Shown: positions 27,801-32,000 of the stretch, piece by piece
Layout of the letters: each line of letters opens with the position of its first letter
Numbering within the stretch: position 1 is the stretch's first letter
Source: Longivirga aurantiaca
GTDB lineage: Bacteria > Actinomycetota > Actinomycetes > S36-B12 > CAIYMF01
Reading direction: 5' to 3'
Length of the DNA: 32,000 nt
Assembly: GCF_042660085.1 (NCBI RefSeq)
Contig: NZ_JBHSTI010000008.1
Coordinates: 2,145,604 to 2,177,603, forward strand
The notes under the pieces: generated by a model
Seen by the model: only the letters and a program-made list of their open reading frames with translations
What the model was told of the DNA's origin: nothing
Database searches by the model: none
Translations under genes and position numbers: made by a program

Positions 27801-29990
27801 CTACGGCCGCACCACGTAGTCGCGGGACTCGATCGCGACGATGGTGCGGTGGCTGTGCAGAGTCAGGCGGGGCGTGTCGCAGTCCACGTTCACGGTGAGC
27901 TCCCGCGTGGGCAGGGCCCACATCGTCATCGTGCCCGTGGTTCCCGTCGTCCTCGCCCCGAGGAAGGGGGTCTGCGTGCCCAGTCCGAGGAGCCCTGGCA
28001 TCAGGTCCCCCTCCACCCTCGAGGACGCCGTCGACACGAGGCAGCCCGGCACGGGGTCGCCGAGCCGGTCGAGGACGGTGACGGCGACCGACACCTGTTC
28101 GGGTCGCAGCGTCCACACCACGTCCGACCCCTCCGGCGGGTTCGTGGCATCGTCCACGCCCAGCGGGACGCTACGGACGGAGAACACCCCGGGCAGGTGG
28201 GCCCACGTGCCCGGAAGGACGCCGTCGCGGCGGACTGTGAGCCGCAGCGGCCAGAACGACGGCGTGGCCGTGTACAGGGACGTCGGAACGCCGACGAGCC
28301 GGTAGCTGCCGTCGGAGGCCGTCACCGACGTGCTGAGGTATGTCGGGTCCTGGTCGTTGGTCAGGGCGAGCGTCACGCCCGCGACGGGCCCATCGGTCCT
28401 GGTGAGGAGCTTCCCGGTGATCACGACGGCCTTCTCGACGGGGACGTCCATCTGCAGCTCGCAGCCCGAGGGCGCCTCCCCGGCGTCAGGCTTGTCGCAC
28501 AGGTCGAGGTCTGCCCCGCCCACGACCACGTCCGTCCCCTCGGCCCCCGAGATCCGGTCACGCCCGGCGCCGCCGAGGAGCCGATCGTCACCGCCCATGC
28601 CGAGCAGCACATCGGCCCTGCCGCTGCCGACCAGGGTGTCCCCCGCCGAGCCACCCACAAGGACCTCGATCGTCGTCGAGATCTTGTCGCGCTCACCGGG
28701 CTCGCCGTCGTCGGAGTCGCCGGCCAGGTCGGCCGTTACCGGGCTCGTCCGCTCGGAGTACGTCGCGGTGTCGCGGCCGGGGCCGCCGATCAGGATGTCC
28801 GCGCCGGGTCCGCCGCGGAGCTCGTCGTCGCCGCTGCCGCCCGAGAGGCGGTCGGCCGCAGATCCACCGGTCACGGTCTCGACGTCCGTCCCGATCAGGT
28901 CAAGCTCGCCGGCCGCGCCGTCGTTGCGCACCCCGTCGAGGCTCGCCACGATCGCGACCCCCCGGTGGACGTACGTGACCTCGTCGAGGCCCTTGCCGCC
29001 GACGAAGGTGTCGCTGCCGGGGCCGCCGTCCAGCACGTCGTCGCCCCTGCCGCCCTCCAGCCTCTGAGCGCCGGCACCGCCGACGATGAGGTCACCGGCG
29101 TCGCTCCCGATCAGCACCTCGACGTCGGAGGGCACGCTGTCGCCCTCGCCGGCACGGCCGTCGTCGGCGACGGCGTCCTGCGTGATCGTGACGGGATAGT
29201 CGCGGCCTGCGTAGGACACGGTGTCGACGCCGGTACCGCCCGACACGACATCGGCGCCGTAGCCGCCGAGCAGAAGGTCGGCGCCGGGGCCGCCCACGAG
29301 CACGTCGTCGCCGATGTCGCCCATCAGCCGGTCGTCGCCGGGTCCGCCGTCCAGGTTGTCGTCGCCCCCGCGGCCCCACAGGCGGTCGTTCCCCGCGCCT
29401 CCCGAGATGAGATCGGGACCGTCCTGCTCGTCGCTGAAGAGACCTCCGTGCAGCTCGTCCGCTCCGGTCGAGCCGACGAGCCGGTCGGCGCCTTGTTCGC
29501 CGTCGAGGAAGGATCCGGCCGGGCTCGCGTAGAGGGTGTCGTCGCCGGGGCCACCGAGGACCAAGCCGGTCGACGCGCGCTGCCGCAGCACGTCAGCGCC
29601 GGCCTCGCCCCTCAAGGTGGCATGGGCGCCCGTGCCCACGAGCACGTCGTCGCCGTCGCCGCCGTAGACCGTGGCGGCCCGAACCCCGCCGTACAGGCGG
29701 TCGTTGCCGGCGCCGCCGTAGGCAAGACCGTCCGAGCGGACGAGGTCGATGACGTCGTCCCCCGCCCCGCCGCGCACGTTGTCCCTACCGCCTCGGCCGC
29801 AGATGACGTCCGGGCCGTCGGTACCGATGAGGACGTCGTCGCCGGGTGTGCCGATGATCGTGCACGCGTCGCCCGTGACGGCGGTGAGGCCCCATGCCGG
29901 CGTCGCCATGGGCAGCTGGAGGCCACCGACAGCGAGAGCAGCCGCCCCCAGCAGGGACGTACGACGGACAACCGCTGAAGCCCGACTCAT
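27801..29990 (-). CDS. Secreted RTX-type calcium-binding repeat protein, paralog 2, with C-terminal carboxypeptidase-regulatory/CnaB-like domain
   Basis: 729 aa from ATG at 29990: signal-like N-terminus (LLGAAALAVGGLQLPMATPAWG), many GGxGDDxLxG repeats, then VVITGKLLTRTDGPVAGVTLALTNDQDPTYLSTSVTASDGSYRLVGVP. Confidence 0.88.
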   Translation of the reverse strand: MSRASAVVRRTSLLGAAALAVGGLQLPMATPAWGLTAVTGDACTIIGTPGDDVLIGTDGPDVICGRGGRDNVRGGAGDDVIDLVRSDGLAYGGAGNDRLYGGVRAATVYGGDGDDVLVGTGAHATLRGEAGADVLRQRASTGLVLGGPGDDTLYASPAGSFLDGEQGADRLVGSTGADELHGGLFSDEQDGPDLISGGAGNDRLWGRGGDDNLDGGPGDDRLMGDIGDDVLVGGPGADLLLGGYGADVVSGGTGVDTVSYAGRDYPVTITQDAVADDGRAGEGDSVPSDVEVLIGSDAGDLIVGGAGAQRLEGGRGDDVLDGGPGSDTFVGGKGLDEVTYVHRGVAIVASLDGVRNDGAAGELDLIGTDVETVTGGSAADRLSGGSGDDELRGGPGADILIGGPGRDTATYSERTSPVTADLAGDSDDGEPGERDKISTTIEVLVGGSAGDTLVGSGRADVLLGMGGDDRLLGGAGRDRISGAEGTDVVVGGADLDLCDKPDAGEAPSGCELQMDVPVEKAVVITGKLLTRTDGPVAGVTLALTNDQDPTYLSTSVTASDGSYRLVGVPTSLYTATPSFWPLRLTVRRDGVLPGTWAHLPGVFSVRSVPLGVDDATNPPEGSDVVWTLRPEQVSVAVTVLDRLGDPVPGCLVSTASSRVEGDLMPGLLGLGTQTPFLGARTTGTTGTMTMWALPTRELTVNVDCDTPRLTLHSHRTIVAIESRDYVVRP

Positions 29991-30051
29991 GTCGCACCCC
30001 TTACAGCCGTCTCCAGCCTGGCACCGCCCGTTGGCGCGTGTCCTGCCGTAC

Positions 30052-30672
30052 TCAGGAGCGGGTGACGGCAGCCTGGAGGTTCTTCCGGTGCCGGACGACG
30101 ACGAGGATCGTGAGGAGCGCGGCGAAGACGACGTCGCTCGTCGGGTCATCGAACCACAGCGCCGCCGGCACGAGCATCAGGCAGCCGGCGACCGAGGCGA
30201 GGCCGATGCGCCGCGTGATCGCCCACGCGATGCCGAACACCACGAGCACCGGGACCGCCCAGATCGGCTGCACGGCGAGGATCGCGCCGAACGACGTCGC
30301 GACCCCCTTGCCGCCCTTGCCGCGCAGCAGCGGCGACGTCACGTGCCCGAGGACGGCGGCGAGCCCGGCGACGAGCGCCGGCACGTGCAGCCCGAACGCC
30401 TCGAACCCAACGACCACGACGTACCCCTTGAGGATGTCGAGGACGCCGACGACGACACCGACCTTCCAGCCGAAGGCGCGGCCCGCGTTGGTGGCACCCG
30501 GGTTCCCCGAGCCCACCGCGGAGAGGTCGGTGCCGCGCAGGCGGGCGATGCCCGTGGCCGGGTTCAGCATCCCGACGCAGTAGCCGATCACCGCGGCGAG
30601 GAGCACGAGCAGCACCTGCACCATCGTGCTGCTCGACTCCCAGATGGCGGCGAGTCCGTCGTACGTCGGCAT
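30052..30672 (-). CDS. plsY: Glycerol-3-phosphate acyltransferase PlsY-like
   Basis: 206 aa from MPTYDG: GSGNPGATNAGRAFGWKVGVVVGVLDILKG, AAVLGHVTSPLLRGKGGKGVATSFGAI. Confidence 0.9.
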   Translation of the reverse strand: MPTYDGLAAIWESSSTMVQVLLVLLAAVIGYCVGMLNPATGIARLRGTDLSAVGSGNPGATNAGRAFGWKVGVVVGVLDILKGYVVVVGFEAFGLHVPALVAGLAAVLGHVTSPLLRGKGGKGVATSFGAILAVQPIWAVPVLVVFGIAWAITRRIGLASVAGCLMLVPAALWFDDPTSDVVFAALLTILVVVRHRKNLQAAVTRS

Positions 30673-31520
30673 CACGCCACGGGCCGCGGCGACACCGCGA
30701 CGGCGACCATGCCCGGGCCGACGTGCGCGCCCACGACGGCGCCGACCTCGCTCACGAGGACGACCGAGTCGTCGAGGCGCGCGTGCAGCTTGGCTGCGAG
30801 GGCGCTCGCACGCTCCGCGGCGTCGAGGTGGTGGACGGCGATGTCGCACGGACGGCCGTCCGCGCGCTCGACCACGATCTCCTCGAGCCGCGCGAGGGCG
30901 CGGGACGACGTGCGCACCTTCTCCAGCGGGGCGACGCGACCGTCGATCAGCTCGAGGATCGGCTTGACCGCGAGCGCCTGGCCGAGCAGCGCCTGGGCGG
31001 CGCCGATGCGGCCGCCGCGGCGCAGGTAGTCGAGGGTGTCGACGTAGAACAGCGCGGACGACGCTCCAACCCGCGCGCGGACGACGTCGGCCACCTCCTG
31101 CAGCGAGCCGCCCGCCCCGGCTGCGCGCGCGCCGTCGAGCACGCCGAAGCCCATCGCCATCGCGACCGTGCGCGAGTCGACGACCTCGACCGGCACAGGG
31201 GCGTCGCGGGCGGCGAGCGTCGCCGAGTCGACCGTGCCGCTCATGTCCCCGGACAGGTGCACCGACACGATGCCGTCGGCACCGGCTGCCGCAGCAGCGG
31301 CGTACGCCTGGGCGAACCGCTCGGGCGAGGGCCGAGACGTGGTCACCACGCCCCAGCGCCGCAGCGCCGCGGCCACCTCGGTCGGCGTGATCTCCGTGCC
31401 CTCGTCGTACGCCGTGCCGTCGACGACGACCTGCACCGGCACGACCGTGATGCCGTGCGACGCGACGAGGTCGGCGGGCAGGTAGGCGGTCGAGTCGGTG
31501 ACGACCGCGACCCTGCCCAT
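30672..31520 (-). CDS. DegV family protein (fatty-acid-binding type)
   Basis: 282 aa: VAVVTDSTAYLPADLVASHGITVVPVQVVVDG, TTSRPSPERF, HLSGDMSGTVDSATLAAR, VDTLDYLRRGGRIGAAQALLG. Confidence 0.93.
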   Translation of the reverse strand: MGRVAVVTDSTAYLPADLVASHGITVVPVQVVVDGTAYDEGTEITPTEVAAALRRWGVVTTSRPSPERFAQAYAAAAAAGADGIVSVHLSGDMSGTVDSATLAARDAPVPVEVVDSRTVAMAMGFGVLDGARAAGAGGSLQEVADVVRARVGASSALFYVDTLDYLRRGGRIGAAQALLGQALAVKPILELIDGRVAPLEKVRTSSRALARLEEIVVERADGRPCDIAVHHLDAAERASALAAKLHARLDDSVVLVSEVGAVVGAHVGPGMVAVAVSPRPVA

Positions 31521-31529
31521 GCGCCGACC

Positions 31530-32000
31530 CTACGCCGGGACGATGTTCACGAGCTTGGGGGCGCGCACGATCACCGTGCGGATGCCGGCACCGCCGAGCG
31601 AGGCGACCACCGCGGGCGAGGCCAGCGCCAGCTCGCGCAGCTCGTCCTCGCCGATCGACGGCGGCACCTCGAGCCGGTCGCGGACCTTGCCCGCCACCTG
31701 CACGACGCAGGTCACGGTGTCCTCGACGAGCAGCGCGGGATCGACCGACGGCCAGCCGACCAGCGCCACCGTCGGCTCGTGACCGAGCCGCTCCCACATC
31801 TCCTCGGCGGTGTACGGCGCCACCAGCGACAGCATGATCGCGACGGCCTCGGCCGCCTCGCGCACCGCGGGGTCGCCGCCGCCGACGCCGGAGTCGATCG
31901 CCTTGCGGGCGGCGTTGACCAGCTCCATCGTCTTGGCCACGGCGACGTTGAAGCGGAACGACTCCACGGCCTTGGTCGCCTCGTCGACCGCCTTGGCGGT
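31530..32000 (-). CDS. leuS: Leucyl-tRNA synthetase, C-terminal part (runs off window edge)
   Basis: [81 protein letters not shown]. Confidence 0.92.
   Translation of the reverse strand, partial: TAKAVDEATKAVESFRFNVAVAKTMELVNAARKAIDSGVGGGDPAVREAAEAVAIMLSLVAPYTAEEMWERLGHEPTVALVGWPSVDPALLVEDTVTCVVQVAGKVRDRLEVPPSIGEDELRELALASPAVVASLGGAGIRTVIVRAPKLVNIVPA

Noticed and set aside
26229-29978. 1249-aa plus-strand ORF antisense to RTX paralog 2, comEA and comEC
   Set aside because: Low-complexity Arg/Gly/Asp/Ala/Val-rich translation with no domain signal. It is the expected shadow frame of GC-rich, repeat-coding minus-strand genes that are confidently identified.

Overview
The window is a high-GC actinobacterial chromosome segment, probably Cellulomonadaceae-like by gene order and product style (inference). 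It is dominated by conserved housekeeping genes. Left to right: recO (partial), AI-2E-type transporter, LuxR-type regulator, then a tightly coupled minus-strand block reading PhoH > ybeY > CorC/HlyC-type CBS protein > degenerate cytidine-deaminase-like protein > EamA transporter > era. Next come a HIT protein, a PaaI-like thioesterase, a secreted RTX beta-roll protein, a DUF1059-like protein, a nitroreductase, an unlisted 51-aa membrane peptide, rsmE, and dnaJ/hrcA with a CIRCE operator. The right half holds a PrsW-like protease, a DUF3097 protein, two proline-rich-tailed membrane proteins, hemW, a long-chain acyl-CoA synthetase, lepA, rpsT, holA, comEC/comEA, a second larger RTX protein, plsY, DegV and leuS (partial). 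I found no CRISPR array, transposase, phage, defense island or recognisable biosynthetic cluster, and nothing I would call a clearly new multi-gene system. The items most worth a second look are: (1) an operon-embedded cytidine-deaminase-fold protein with no Cys or His; (2) a nested perfect inverted repeat (13 bp outside, 9 bp inside) downstream of rsmE; (3) an imperfect ~45-nt intergenic repeat in two copies on opposite strands; (4) two RTX-type secreted paralogs sharing an N-terminal Cys-containing cap and a recurring inter-repeat module; (5) the CIRCE site at hrcA.
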